The translations under genes and the position numbers were made by a program. From positions 1 through 64,000 of the forward strand of contig NMRA01000312.1 of assembly GCA_002633005.1 (NCBI GenBank): 64,000 nt of DNA. Reading direction: 5' to 3'. Shown piece after piece: positions 26,201 through 38,625 of the stretch. The notes below the pieces were generated by a model, which saw nothing but the letters and a program-made list of their open reading frames with translations, did no database searches and had not been told where the DNA came from. Position 1 is the first letter of the stretch; each line of letters opens with the position of its first letter. The DNA is from Phoronis australis. Lineage: Eukaryota; Animalia; Phoronida.

Positions 26201-28849
26201 AGACACAGTGGCGCAGACCTACCAACCGAAAACAACCGTCCGCTGGGTACTAATACAGTTTGTTCTGGTTTCTTGGGAGTGCGAAATCAGGCTTCGAGGC
26301 ATGCCTTGAGTGGTTACAGCCGAAAACGCAATATTCCGACAGACCATTGTTTCGACTGTATAATAACGATAATAGCAATAATAATAAGGATAACTTTTCC
26401 GAGTCTTACACATTTCCCTGTAATACTCAAAGTTCATTCACTCTCATACGATCGTGAGACACTAGGCCAAGAAGAAGAATAAATACAACTGTGTCTGCAG
26501 CAGGGTTCAAATGCAGTCTCGCGGTAAACAATCTAGCCAAAATCACATGCTCTCATTGAAAATACACAGCACCGTCTCGTGGAATCTCGCGAGCTCTTGT
26601 TTCAGCGAGGTACTGGCGTTACTGAACTCGACACACAGAAGGTCTTTTAAAATCATATCTAGCTTCATTTCTTGATATTCTCAAAATTTCCATGATGCAG
26701 TTACTATGTACCATGCGCTTTTTGAATGTTACAGAGTAGTTGCTTTCTATGTCATTGTTTGGAGTTCTGCCGTGGAACCCGTATTTCGGCACTAGACTGA
26801 TATAACGTGCCCATACTTTTGAGAACCAGTTTGATGCCCGTTATTCAGTGGACAAAACTGGTTCTCAAAATCTGGGTATGTTAAATCCCACCATAACCCA
26901 GTCTAGTCAGGCAGGATCGCACGGGCGGTACTGTTACGTTTATGGCATAAGTTACCATAATATTTAGCATTGAAGCTTAATATGTACTAATTTTCCCGAC
27001 CACCACGTCCGCTTCTGACAGTGTTTCGCCAGAAGTATATGTGCGGTCGAATGCGACTGAGCGTGCAGTTTTCACTGAAAAAGATGCCAACTGAGCCCTT
27101 AAATCCCAGACGTCTCCAAGAAGTTGGAACACCAGGTTTACTTTAAAGCCGGCCCAACAACCATGCACGCCATTAAACCTCCTGGGATAAGAAACTGCTC
27201 AGTTAAAGCGGCTATTAACCCGGTGATCGTCGAAAGCAACAACTTTTGATATGCCGTAATGAAATTGGTGTTAAATAATTTCTTAGGCAAAATAAGTGGA
27301 GTGGTAGAAAGAACTGGGAATTCGTTATTTGTCGCATCCTCAGGACCCCCTGAGTCCGCCTATGGTAAGCGTTTTAAGAAATCGATGTTTTGGAGCATAT
27401 TAACGTAGGTTGATGGAATTCGGGCAAATTTATATCATATGTCTCCAAAACAGCAAAGTCCATATACACCTATGCTACTGGTTGTCTTGAAAATGATAGA
27501 CGAGAGCTAAATTCAGTGATGGACTAATTCCTTGTTGGGAAAACCCGATTCCAATCTCTCCTAACATGTGGTTGTGTATGGTAATTTAGTTGGCCCTCCC
27601 AACAATTACAGAGAATGATCTTCTCCACAACATTGCTTTTAATGCCTTGTTGATACCTTTAGGCAACGGCATCACCTCTATAAGATCACACCCCGTGTAT
27701 ACTTTTCTGGAACGTGTTTGTTTGTAGTAAACGCGCAGCACTGATCGACGCAAACATTATTCTAGGGAATCTACATTGCCTTCAAATTATGGTCCTTACA
27801 GTATACTCAAAGTCGTTAAGAAGTAGACAGACTCCAAACAAGCGACTGTGAATTATTGCAAATAGGTAAACAAACGGTGTTTTCTATATTTACAGACTTT
27901 TTGAAAATGCCAATGGAGAGAATTAGGTCCCTAAAATCCGCCTGTAAATTATCATCAATCTGAATCCCGGAAATAAATTCACCATAAATGGTCAAAAGTT
28001 TTTTTCATGACGCTGCAGAATCTGACAGGAACATATAATATATGACGTATTTGGAATCCAAAGGAATCATGCACCCCCAATCAGGGGTACATGGACCACT
28101 TGTCAGATTTAAGCACATAAATCATACGGGATTACATTTCGTGCTGCACAATGTACTAATTGCAGGAATCTTGGGAGGACTGTGAAATCATTCCTAGACG
28201 TTTTTAGGCAGCCGATGAAAATAAGCTGGACATTCGAACTTTCTAGAACATGTTATGGGTAAGGTGAACTTCAAGAAACATATTGTGACGAAAAGTAGAT
28301 CATGTGTAAGACAGAAATCAGGGGCGTAGCTACCCATTTTTGTTTAGGACGCACAGACAATGTTATAAATTGTGCCGTTGACAGTAATCATGGTTTGTTT
28401 AGGACGCACAGACAATGTTATAAATTGTGCCGTTGACAGTAATCATGGTTTGCTTTTTAACAATCTTTGCCAATGAATGTACACAGCTTTTTCGACATTT
28501 TGAAAACAATGTGGAAGAGTTAATTCATACCTAAAAGTTTTCGCAGACAAAATTGAAAAAATAATGCCCAAAGAATTCCTACATTAACATTGACGGGAAT
28601 TCCAACTTTTACCAACACAATTTAATACCATGGTCTTTGCTGTCAGTTGACTTGCCTGAATGCATTACCCTACCCCCTCTTTCATGTCGCGTCCTACTCG
28701 ATGTACTTGATCTGCAACTTAAACACGAAAAGAAATTGCTTTTAGATAACTAAACGCGTGAATATTTTTCGCTTCTTGGTTTCCTTTCGCTTACTTACTT
28801 GCAACACGACCAACAGAGCATGCAGGCCACGGGAGAACCTTGGCTCCAT
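5622..28849 (-). CDS. Gene A: Delta/Serrate-like protein (signal peptide-C2/MNNL-DSL-23 EGF), 6 coding exons, ~1097 aa, no TM in the simplest model
   Basis: Exons 28849-28799, 22505-22345, 21896-21779, 12672-12503, 10934-10798 and 8278-5622 all have GT/AG boundaries and compatible phases (0,2,0,2,1). They total 3294 nt in one open frame. Confidence 0.88.
8451..8607. mobile_element. Degenerate CAGTGGCGGAT-type MITE
   Basis: Ends cagtggcggattta...ggatccacccctg resemble the 637-873 termini. A similar gapped copy lies at 33895-34004. Confidence 0.55.
8721..8943. repeat. Dispersed repeat, related to ~40316-40565
   Basis: Shared blocks aatgaacgagttttgtg and ttagttcctgcta(c/t)acat(t/g)agcata in the same order. 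Confidence 0.55.
10798..10934 (-). CDS. Gene A exon 5: DSL domain
   Basis: (Q)LSVQFLTFCDPDYYGTDCGTFCKARDDSQGHYTCDAKTGKKLCLG(G) has the canonical DSL Cys spacing with YYG and RDD.GHY. Boundaries cgtag|G and G|gttggt. Confidence 0.95.
12503..12672 (-). CDS. Gene A exon 4: C-terminal half of the C2/MNNL domain
   Basis: SGVRMQLTVNDRNRFVSSKLVDTFDYKHIDRPAPSKQLAKWSSTVKLTGTEYRSRT; paralogous to 59665-59831. Boundaries tttcag|AGC and CA|gtaatt. Confidence 0.9.
14880..14956. repeat. Near-perfect 77-nt palindrome/hairpin
   Basis: gaacattctaagtcccgtaagcacgccatctgttg - gccacat - caacagatggcgtgctgacgggactttgagtgttc. Confidence 0.85.
15780..19090 (+). mobile_element. Decayed non-LTR retrotransposon (LINE) ORF2, in intron 3 of gene A
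   Basis: Fragments in the expected order: endonuclease-like GDFDA (~15851), RT motifs GVRQGCMLSPWLF (~17500) and FADDLVL (~17635), and C-terminal RICGICN...HFMCHCP (~18820). Many stops and frameshifts; interrupted by a MITE. Confidence 0.85.
18336..18571. mobile_element. MITE, copy 2 of the 637-873 family, nested in the LINE
   Basis: Near-identical to 637-873, with its own 5-bp TSD TTTAT (18331-18335/18572-18576). Confidence 0.9.
19765..19950. repeat. Degenerate short tandem repeat (tacccacttggtac-like)
   Basis: Recurrent ccca(c/t/g)ttgg(t/c)a units. Confidence 0.5.
20430..20895. repeat. Degenerate tandem repeat (aaaatggacacaat-like)
   Basis: Recurrent aaatggaca(c/t)a and ggtcaaaa units. 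Confidence 0.45.
21779..21896 (-). CDS. Gene A exon 3: middle of the C2/MNNL domain
   Basis: (R)SQCVYGKTTKNGPDDTNDLSAAWFQNKPITFEGKFKQWK has the Delta-type C.YG...T...N...P..F...W pattern. Boundaries cacag|A and AAG|gtaagg. Confidence 0.9.
22345..22505 (-). CDS. Gene A exon 2: end of signal peptide and start of the C2/MNNL domain
   Basis: LVLETSASGQIRVKFIEYNNPGGVKADGQCCDRGFFGGCNACDYEFVMCFEPL has the Delta/Serrate SG...N..G...G.CC...C...F..C pattern. Boundaries tatag|CTG and AG|gtaagt. Not in the supplied ORF track in this frame. Confidence 0.92.
22697..22808. repeat. 112-bp direct repeat, copy 1 (copy 2 at 25771-25882)
   Basis: actg(c/t)aataatgtgtgaca...aaaatttgatatt occurs on both sides of the Gypsy fragment with only a few mismatches. 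Confidence 0.9.
22809..25770 (-). mobile_element. Truncated, decayed Ty3/Gypsy LTR retrotransposon in intron 1 of gene A
   Basis: RT (FEYNRLPMGLSNSPATFQRLM...YLDDIIVFS), connection (RQFMGFTGYLRKFVKNFS), RNase H remnants and integrase (DRFTKFAIAVPT...YGVPQRIHSDQGRSFES) in Gypsy order. Possible LTR ~22810-23873 (TG...CA). gag, protease and the 5' LTR are absent. Confidence 0.88.
23431..23581. mobile_element. ~145-bp MITE family (GTTCAGTAACGCTAGGAC termini), copy 1
   Basis: Inverted termini cgttcagta...tactgaacg and a conserved core aagcaagacttcgcgagattacatgagatattgccgtgtattttaaat. Confidence 0.8.
25771..25882. repeat. 112-bp direct repeat, copy 2
   Basis: Matches 22697-22808 and abuts the truncated RT. 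Confidence 0.9.
26501..26630. mobile_element. ~145-bp MITE family, diverged copy
   Basis: gggttcaa...aaaatcacatgctctcattgaaaatacac...gcgttactgaac. Confidence 0.6.
26802..26885. repeat. Small palindromic element (second copy ~29164-29243)
   Basis: ttttgagaaccagtttgatgccc...aactggttctcaaaat hairpin, found twice. Confidence 0.75.
28341..28450. repeat. Perfect 55-bp tandem duplication
   Basis: tgtttaggacgcacagacaatgttataaattgtgccgttgacagtaatcatggtt occurs twice in tandem. Confidence 0.9.
28799..28849 (-). CDS. Gene A exon 1: start codon and signal peptide
   Basis: gagcgATGG context, MEPRFSRGLHALLVVLQ, and a strong phase-0 donor CAA|gtaagt. Joined to exon 2 it gives ...LLVVLQLVLETSA/SG, a plausible signal peptide. 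Confidence 0.8.
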
Positions 28850-31064
28850 CGCTCCAGTGGGAAGAACAGAGAACAGTAACCGAGATGTAGAATTGTTTCA
28901 CTTTTTCTCTGAGGTTTGTATGTCGACTGTTGACAACAATTAATTTAAAATGCTAACACAAACAGGACATGACAGTGCACGAAGGACTATGGGTCCACAC
29001 TGGTCATAATTTCTCTGTTCACCTTTAGATAGTACTTGACTTCCCTTATCTTATACTATCTTCGCATCAGCTTAACTAAGACCGAGCTCTTAATATTGCT
29101 TCACTTCAGCACAAGCCACGACAGGGACATAAATAATGGACAAAATAGCAAGAGTCGGATAATGAGGTGTCCGTATTTTGAGAACCAGTTTGATGCCCTT
29201 TATTTAGTGGAGTTAACTGGTTCTCAAAATGCGGGCACGTTATATTGAACCATTATAGATAAAACGTGAAAAGAAAATCGTAATAATTATATAACAATAC
29301 ATATACATGTTTATGACTGATGCGTCTTAAAGTAAACTGTAAAGACCACGAAGGCTGACTCATCGATGACGATTTAGAACTATTTCCACTGTTTTTAAAC
29401 GACCAGGGGCGTAAATTAAAATGGTGTGTATGCATGATCTCTTCGGTAGAAATGTCTCGACAACTGGCCGCAAGTTGAGTACGCAAAGGCGAAAGTTTTA
29501 TTGCTGACGACAGGGGACGTACTACAGCTGTTACAGGGCTTTCTTATAGCTTTAGTTGGAATGGCTAGTAATGGAGGTACAAAACGTAGTACGCGAAAAG
29601 TTTTTACTGAAATGGGCGAAAAGTGAATAGCTGAGAAGGTAAAGGTTATAGTGTCTGGTACCTTTCACGTGCCAAAAGTTTCCCCGCAATTCTCTTATTC
29701 CGTACATTGTTCTCGACCAGCGTCAAAACAATCGATTGTGATATCTATATTGTTCAGCCTCTCGTCTGATGATAAACTCTGACTAAACCAAAAAATTAAA
29801 TTTTACTTGTTATCTCAGACACTGCGTTTAAATTGAATTGTTATAATTTATCACACAGATCAAAGTATGAGGCTGATTTAGCTTCCACAGATCAGTGACT
29901 GTTTTGGGTATCAAGTCGGAGTGCTTATTTAAAGATGCTGTCAGAAAGGTCGTAACTTTAATAATGTCCAAATTTGGCTAATTTTAAAACAACATATTCC
30001 AGAAATTACTGGTCGGATTCATATGAAACTTTCAGATACTACGTTGTGTGCATTGTTTTCCAAATTGCTGGAAGGAATTGTCTTTAAAATGTTCCACTTT
30101 TGTACGAAGTTATATCAAAAATGAGACTTTTGTGATCTTTATGAAAATAATCAAAGTTACATAAAACGGAACACGAATTGAAAGACTCTTTTTTGAACCT
30201 TTGTATCAAACAAAATTTTGTCATGTTACTGATGGTGCTGTTTTGTTGTCAATATACCTTTCTCGTTTGCAAAAAAATATCAAAAAGACACGATCACGTG
30301 ACCCAATTAATAACAGATAAAAACTTCCATTTTACAGGCTTTCTACTTTCATAAAATATATGCTTTTACTGAGTTAAAATCTTTAATTTTATATGGCCAA
30401 CTTGTCGATAAGGTGCTTATACGTAACCTTAAGACCTGATAAACTATTATTCTTGATATGATAAAAATTGTACAATATGGGACAGTCTAAAATTTGGGAC
30501 ACTAATATTCCAAAAGAAAATGAAGATGGTGGATTCATAGCACGCTTGCTAAAAAGTCAGTTTCGATGGATGCTTTTTGCAGCTGATGGTTTCGACTAAT
30601 TGTTTTATTATCAGCACAAAACAGAAGTTTCAAAAATGGCCTAACTAGTCAAAATAACTTATGTGCGGTACATGATATTCTACTGCAACCCATGGCAGAT
30701 TTGCACTCACCCTGCCTGGTGAAACAGACATTTACACTGATCCTTGCAATCATGTGTAATGGACCCAAAGAGTCAAGATAAGAAGTAGGCATATTATCAA
30801 AAGTTCTTGGAGGGTCGCCAAGAGATAACAAAAGTACTGAGATCGTTCGCAAGGAAAGTTGCCTGACGATGCTGGTCATCAAACTCCTGATTGCACGCTC
30901 ACCCTTGCCAATTCGATGTCGCACGATGTCAAAGTTTATTACTTTAGAAATTTCGGATTCATCAGTGGGTGGTGATTGACGGTAAAACCGAGTTGTTCAA
31001 TGATAACCTATTAGTCGAAATGCATTCATCAGAACGCTGTTGAGGTCTTCATCTCTACACTGGG

Positions 31065-31209
31065 TAGAGTTCAACGCTAGGACCTATAGCTAGGATCTCT
31101 TTGAAGTCTAGCCAAAATTACGTGTCCTCATTTGAAATACACGGCAATATCTCAAATTAATCCCGAGAAGTCTTGCTTTTTAACAAGGCTCTCGCGTTTC
31201 TGAACCACT
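31065..31209. mobile_element. ~145-bp MITE family, copy
   Basis: tagagttcaacgctaggacc...gaaatacacggcaatatctc...gaagtcttgcttt...ctgaac. Confidence 0.7.
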
Positions 31210-32186
31210 GGCAGTTGTAGAAGTCTTCTGATGGCGGAGTTGTCTCAACCATACATTGCCCATAGGTCTACTCGTTGAAAAGGTTCTCACTCACTCTGTT
31301 TGATTCATGTTTTTGACGGCTTGTTGTGTTCTATTTTTGGCAAGTTAAACTCGAAACACCGCCGTGTAAAAGCCATTTTAAAAATCTAAACGATCAATGT
31401 TTGGGTTAATTGTTAGCGTAGTTTTGAAAAGTGCGTTCTCTAGACTTCCAAATAGTGAATGACTTCCAAATAGCACAACATTAACAGTAATTTTGGTCTA
31501 TGAAAAATTGCGAACTTCAAACTGGATTAAATAAGGTTAGCGGCTGTGAATCTTGCCGTTGTAGCAATCTTTGAACTCCGCTCGGTCGTCGGTGTTATCA
31601 CGTATAACGAGGCACTTCACCGGGGCAAGTCTTTCTGTTGAAACAATCAATGGATCCCATTCGGTTCATTCTCAAGTGCAACCAGGAACGCGAACTCGAC
31701 GTGATAAAACGCAAAATAAAGGTTCACACCACAAAACATGTGAACCAAAACAACTATTTTCAAAGATGGCGCTGCATGGGTTTTTAAAGTTGCTGCTTCT
31801 TTGTTTCTTACCTTCGTGATACTTGTCAAGATTTTACAAGTTTTCACAAAGTTTTGATTTTCTTCAGGAAACACGCTTATTATTATTGGCAAACTAAACT
31901 TTGACAAAAGTAAGCTGGTCTTACGACAAGGTCGTAAGGAGTACCAAGTGACCCATGTCTCCCAGAATGACCAAAAGATGGTGGAAACTGAAATATTGCT
32001 GTCGAACTTCTACAATCGATCGTAAATATCAGTAACTCGTTGTTTTTAATTGTTCAACTTAGCGATCCAATAAAACCTTGACAAGTTTGTTCGTGCCCTT
32101 CCGGCAGAGAATGTCCACCTTACAGACCCAATAAAAACTTGATAAGTTAGGTGTTCCTATTCACATCCAGTGTCTTCCGTAGACCT

Positions 32187-32337
32187 GGCGTGCGTTCAGT
32201 AGACGCTAGGACCTACGCTAGGACCTAGCCAAAAGCTAGTCAAGGTCACGTGCTCTTATTTAAAATACACGGCAATAACTCGCGTAATCTCGCAAAGTCT
32301 TGCTTATAAGCTAGGTCCTAACGTTACTGAACGGGAG
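32187..32337. mobile_element. ~145-bp MITE family, copy (reverse complement of 23431-23581)
   Basis: ggcgtgcgttcagtagacgctaggacc...acgttactgaacgggag. Confidence 0.85.
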
Positions 32338-33493
32338 GCTGATTCCATCTTTCGATCTTCCATCCATTCATCATGCTTTAGTAGAGTTTAAGTTGGGGCC
32401 ATCGGCATTTGATTTACGGTGTTTCAGATTTTTCCTTGGACTCTGATTAAATTTTATTCGATTATTGTTAGAGAATGCGAGGAAGAGTAGACTACCGACA
32501 GAAAATGAAAATGTTGGAGCAATATCGTATCCGGTTTCGACAACCAGTGAGTGGCCAGTCGTTAACCTTACGAGTGCGTAAAGGTCATGCAAAAGTTCAA
32601 CGTTACGTATAGCGTTTCAATTCATTATAGTGGCACAGATTCATGCATAACTTATAAAATTTGTTTGTCTTAAAATTACATTTAAGCTAATGAAATTAGT
32701 CTCGCAATATTTAAGCGATAGGTTTTGATTTTCGTTACCATCCAGAACATCAAAACTCACGCTCAACAATAAAACACTTTAAATACATTTATTGGGATTA
32801 GCCAACACAAAAATGCAAATTCTAAAATGGCGCCTGTACGCATTGCTTGTGACTTGAGTTGCTAGCTCATCCGGAAATAATTCAGGATCCGATATTAAAG
32901 TTTGGCATTGTTTTTTGAATCGACAAACGCTTCTTTGAAGAATTCAACATCGGCAATTAGACAGGAGCAAAATATCCCTTTATGTTGGTAATAACCTGAG
33001 TTCCTTGGATGAAAGCAAATTAAATCAAAGGTCAAAATATGAACAGTGAGACCATTTTTATCTATATCGTGGTTTGCGTATCAACAGATAAAATTTATTA
33101 AAACCATGCAGCTGCAAGAGTGTTCATACGCCGTCTCGTGGCAGTTGTATGTAATCTCCTGGTAGAAAAAACTCTTTGTACCTTGTAAAGTCAGTTGGAT
33201 AGGCATGTAAAATTTTGCAAGTACTAGAAGTTTTTTGAAGTTGTTTGCATCTGGTATAACGACGAATGCATTTACCTCTGTTAAGAAGATTATGATTTGC
33301 CAGCGTTACTTTTCAGTCTGACCTATAATAGACTGATGTACACCGACNACTTGAGACGTTGTTTGAACTGAAAGATGAACCAGTGATTGGAGGAACAAGC
33401 CCGGCACCAGTTCATGTACAGACAAACGGCTCTTGACTTGTTTATGACATCATTCCCAGAAAGCACAGCAAAAGTGTGCGGTGGTGTCCATGG

Positions 33494-33620
33494 TAGAGTT
33501 CAATAGCTGTCTCGCGGTTGGAAAAAGTTAGAAAAAAATCACGTGCTCTCATTGAAAATACACCACAATATCTCATGTAATCTTGCTTTGCCAGCGAAGT
33601 CCTAGCGTTACTGAACTCTA
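33494..33620. mobile_element. ~145-bp MITE family, copy
   Basis: Termini tagagttca...tgaactcta around the shared core. Confidence 0.7.
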
Positions 33621-33907
33621 GCCAGGTTTTTCTAATCGACCCCTGAACGGTGAAGTTATTGACAAAGGCATAGAATCAAATGCTGACTCACACGTGTAGA
33701 CTGCAGTCTGGAGATATAGAAAGTTAAGTGAAGGTTAGGTTTGGATGCTAGGATGGACGGTTGGTTTGAAAGGTTTTAGTATCGACCAGGATATGATAAT
33801 TTTAAAAGTACTAATGTTGTTTCAATTTTTTACCAACTTTATCAAATTAAATTTCACCAACCCAATTAAATAAGTTCCCAAACGTTGCACTTTCCAGTGG
33901 CGGATCT

Positions 33908-33959
33908 NNNNNNNNNNNNNNNNNNNNNNNNNNNNNNNNNNNNNNNNNNNNNNNNNNNN
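33908..33959. other. Assembly gap (N run) inside a G-rich MITE
   Basis: Run of n. Confidence 0.99.
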
Positions 33960-36900
33960 GGGGGGGGGGGGGGCGGCCCCCTACTCCCCCTAAATCCGCC
34001 TATGCTTTCAACAAGAGACCATCAAAATTTGACGTATTTTGCTTTTTGGTGGTGCCCCAGTAGAATGATGAGTGGGACCAAACTTCACTATTTTCTATGA
34101 AAACTTGTAATTAGTTATTCCATACGCGTTGAAACAGTCGAATGCAATACGGCCATGTAATATTGTTTTCCGTATTCACCTCCCGCACTAATTTAACAGT
34201 GACCTATGACATGGAAAGTTCAAAAGGTAGGTCAATGTCGACTCGACGTCGTTAGCCGGTTCGATCATCAAACTTTCCGAATATAGTTTAAAGTGATACA
34301 ATTGCAGCAGTGCAAATAACACTCAACATGCAGTCAGGTCCCACTCGTAACATCTGGAACAGGACTGTTAATTATAGACAGTTCAGTCGCAGTTTTCAAT
34401 TGCTAAATATTATATAGTCTGCAAACTTAGGCGCCGATTCCTCGGTAACTACAATATCAAATATTGTTGTTATTTAACTATTTTCAGGAGATGTTACGTG
34501 TTCAATGCACAGTTACCGTTGTTTTTACCTTTGTTATCTCTTTTCAAGTAATAAATCGTTACATTTAACACTGTTTCTTTTACTAGAAAAAACCTGCAAC
34601 ATAACGCGCAAGTACATACATATAGGACGTGATCCGCCACGTGAACAGTGTAAGTCAAGTATTCAAAAGACTGTCGAAAAACTGAAAGAAACTTAGGAAT
34701 TCCAAGCGTATGAGATAAATACAAAACGTACCTCGATTGGCGTACATGAAGTAATATCCCACTCGACATTATTCCGCGTATCGACCTCGACCTTCAATCT
34801 CGGCCGGTACGCAGAATATTGTCCATGCAAGGCTGAAACTTTCTACTAAAGTACTAATTCATTAACTCATTCAAGTTCAACTGCCAAGTATATTCTTAAT
34901 GCGATTAACTATTAATCAAAGCTGATCTTTATTACCATGCAAGTTTTTACATTGACGGCCTTTCGGAAGGAAACGGGACATAGTTTAGACATGTTAACAT
35001 TTATATTGAACTAAACACATTACATCTGCGTTCAAATTTTAGTACTAAAATAGCTTACAAATAATATACGAATTGTACTTAATTATGTATTAGTGTTGAC
35101 AAAAAAGAACTAAGCAACAAAACAACGTTTGCTCACTGTACACTGTTCGATTTATTCAGTTGACAAACAGCAACTGACTCTTTAATCGCAAATATTAATG
35201 ACACATTATTGGACAAACAAGTTCTCTAAAATTTAAAACAGGACATCCGTAATGAGAGTCAGCCTTTTACACGATTCCATTCACGAGTAGGCCTACGTTA
35301 ACCCATCATACTGTATATCTAATATGTGTACGAGCATGTTACGTAACACAATCTTTGGGTTCAGACAGTTACTTCATTTTCCTGTCTGGGATCACTTGAC
35401 CTGTACATGGGGAGATAATGGGATATTGGGGGTCATTTAAAGATACCCTCTTCGCCTCAATTTAGTTAAAAAATTCATAAAACAGTTTTTAACGGAAGTT
35501 AGTTCAGCCTTGTTAATGCTCCTACAACATAACTCTAAATACATTCAAGCTTAATTGAATTAAGTATAATTTTTAGTTTCATTTTTATTTTTGGTGGTGC
35601 ACCACCTTAAAAAATGAAAGCACTCTGACGAGCGACAGTTGGCGAAACGGTATACAAATTTAAAGGTGAGGTCTACGACGAAACCAAGAAGCTCAACAAC
35701 CATGAACCCGACGCTTATCACACCAACAGATAGTCAGTGAGGAGATCTATTTACATAAAAGGCTCCGTCAAAGGATTGCGGAGCTAGTTCTCTGCAAACA
35801 TAATTCGAAAAATTTCCGTCACAGCGCCATCTTGCTTCCAATTTCGCCCAAAACAAACGTCTTTGGGCTATTAACTAGATAAACACCGTATGCAAATTTC
35901 ATGTCGATCATACGAAAATGCGATGTAATACCAAAGTGTAGGAAGAAATGACTATATAATAAAACAGTCATATAAACGAGAACGGTAAGTCGTAGCGAGA
36001 AACGGGTTTCACAATGCCGATTGCACTTAAAAACGATCCACATAACAAGTTTCAGACAGGTCTGTCAAGAGACACCTAACATATGACACAAAAACTCAAT
36101 TGATTAGAGACCAATCTTCGGAAAAATCTCGAAACCCCCAAGAACTGCAACTCCTAGAGAAAAACAAATAGCACAAGTACGATAGCCTTGACATGATCTA
36201 TCGAAAGGAAAAATCAGGAAAATTCCAATAGAAACAGCGGAGCTTTATTGGTTTCGCAAATCAAAAAGTGAAAAATTATGACCACAGCGCCATCTCGTGA
36301 CCGATTTTAACAAAAAAATATAGGCTTCGAGTCATTCACCAGACGCATGTTATGGGAAAATTCCACGTTGATCTGGTACTTAATGCACCCTGTAGCGTGC
36401 AAACTAAGAAACAAGCAAAAACAAAAAACAAAAAAATTAAGACCAAAGCAACAGATTTGGAGAAATTTCATTTCACCAAGTAACAATTATTAGCAAATAA
36501 GGCAAACACAAGTTACGAAATTTCTGTACTATAGTGATATATTTCTACTGACGAAACTCATCCTGTGGTCTAAATTGGCGAATATAAAGGAAATAGTATC
36601 TTCAAATCAGTTGTGTTTACATTGGGTCGAAGTAAACCTTTTACAGTTTCATAACGCGTTGCTATCACACAACAGGTAACGCATGGCTACCTTTGTTTTA
36701 CTGCAATATGAATCACAGTTTCCCACGCTCTTTGCAATTTTCACAAATGTTAAAAATGTCTCCAGACAATGGTTACAGAATCTTCGCAGACATCTTCCAA
36801 ACCTTAATATAACCCTTTTCATTTAACCGGTTTCAGGGAGCTAGGATTTTGGAAAATTTTGAAGCAGCTTTGTGTGGATTGTCAATGATTAGTAATAAAA

Positions 36901-38359
36901 ATTAGCGTCAGTCACTCGAAAATTGAAAGTGCATAGCAGTATATTGTAGTGTGGATGTTGCAAAATGATCGTGAAAATCTTGGACAAGATTAGCGACTTA
37001 AAAATGGTATACGAACTATTGAATCTTGTACATTATCGGCGAGATATATGACTTTCATAGCGGAATCGATCCGGAGGTAAACCCACTCGAAAAACTACGG
37101 TGTTACGCGGAGATAATGGGTAAAGTCATGGACTTGATTTCAGAAAATGTCTGTCAGACATTAGCGAGAATTGGAGATTTGTAATAGAAATCACAAAAAC
37201 ACAACGGATTTTCTTGTTCTATAGCTGTGGTCAAACTAATATCCTCGAGAAGTTTATCCAGTCCAACGATAATCCCCAAATTTCGTTTTTGACCGTGAAA
37301 CCGATAATGTGCCTTTAAGGTAGCGGTAAAAAACGTTCATAATAAAATCACAAGTAGTTTTTCGCACAGCAAGATCATTTTTGTCCTAACATAAGAAAAA
37401 AATTCTTCCAAAACTTATCAAGTAGGCAAGTTTGATAACAGTAATTCTGACGCCATAGCGTAATTCACGATTTCACGAGAAATTTCAATTTCTTTACTTC
37501 AACAAATGAATTTTACATTTATTCTATGACGATTTTTGGAAAACATCAAGTCATTGAAAACAAAAAACACTGCCTCCAAACGTTATTCCACCGGCACACA
37601 CATTTAAGACTGCAAAACGTTGAACACGGGATTGAGACTAATTGTTACATCCGATACTGATACTGTCCTATCGATACTACATTTTAGCGGTATTTTTTCA
37701 TCCATTACTTACCGATATGTGAGAACACATTTGTCTTATCGTGTAGCTTTTGTAATGCAATTTTGCACCAAACTCAAATGTCAGACTTTTGTAGTTATTA
37801 CCACTAAAATTCATAATATCTTGTAACTTGATTTTCTCAACTTCATAAAAGCTTTTGAACATATTTGTGTAACTGGTTTTACTTATTCAAGCCTGTGATC
37901 TCTTTCGCTGATCTGCCAAGGAGCACGCCGATAAGCTCCTCAAAATAAGCTTTTTTAAAATATCACTTAAAGCAGAGGCCAATTTAAATTTGAAGAACTT
38001 AAATTTTCAAAAGATTGACAATAAAACCGTAACTTTTGCTAGCTGGGGGAAATTTTTGTGCCGAATTTGTCTTAATTTATCAGTTCTTAACTTAATAGCG
38101 GCATTTTAAACTATTTTGCTCCAATCTGTGGGGTAACAACCCCCACCCCTAATACTTGCACCAATGCAGCTGGTCATCAAAAGCATAGTACACTAAAGAG
38201 GTTCACGATAGTCTGATGCCTTTGTTGATCTCCAGAGGACGATTTTTATGCAGGAGACACACGGGGTCTGTTTCAGGAAATTGACTTTGGTTGAAACTCA
38301 GAGTCTTAAGATCCCACTTGATAATTACGTAATGTAGTTTTAGTAATCACAAGTAATGT

Positions 38360-38625
38360 GTAATATAGGCAGCTTCGCCGGAAGGGGGCGTCTATATTAA
38401 TATAGGTGGTCTCGCCGGAAGGTGGCTGAAGAGGGAGGCCCTCTATATTAATATAGAGGTTCTCACCAGAAGGGGCTGAAGAGCGAGGCCCTCTACATTA
38501 ATATAGGCGTCTCGCCGGAAGGCGGCCGGAGAGCAGGGTTTTATATATCAATATAGTGGGCCCCGCTTTTCGACCCACTTTCGCGAGGCTACCCACATTA
38601 ATATGGAGGGACCCCACTTTCGAGG
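38360..38625. repeat. Minisatellite, ~50-bp unit, about 5 diverged copies
   Basis: Repeating tatattaatatag...ctcgccggaagg...ggctgaagag...gaggccctc. Confidence 0.75.

Noticed and set aside
28850-29300. Promoter of gene A
   Set aside because: No unambiguous core-promoter motif, and untranslated upstream exons cannot be excluded.
30649-30960. Minus-strand ORF ending at a good donor (G|gtgagt)
   Set aside because: No recognisable domain, wrong phase for gene A, and no partner exon identified.
35620-35655. Additional CTGANGA...GAAA hammerhead-like motifs (also ~21700-21735 and ~41455)
   Set aside because: Stem I/III pairing or the GAAA box is missing, so they cannot be supported as ribozymes.
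38360-38625. CRISPR-like repeat-spacer array
   Set aside because: Whole units are similar to each other (a minisatellite), there are no unique spacers or cas genes, and the context is eukaryotic.
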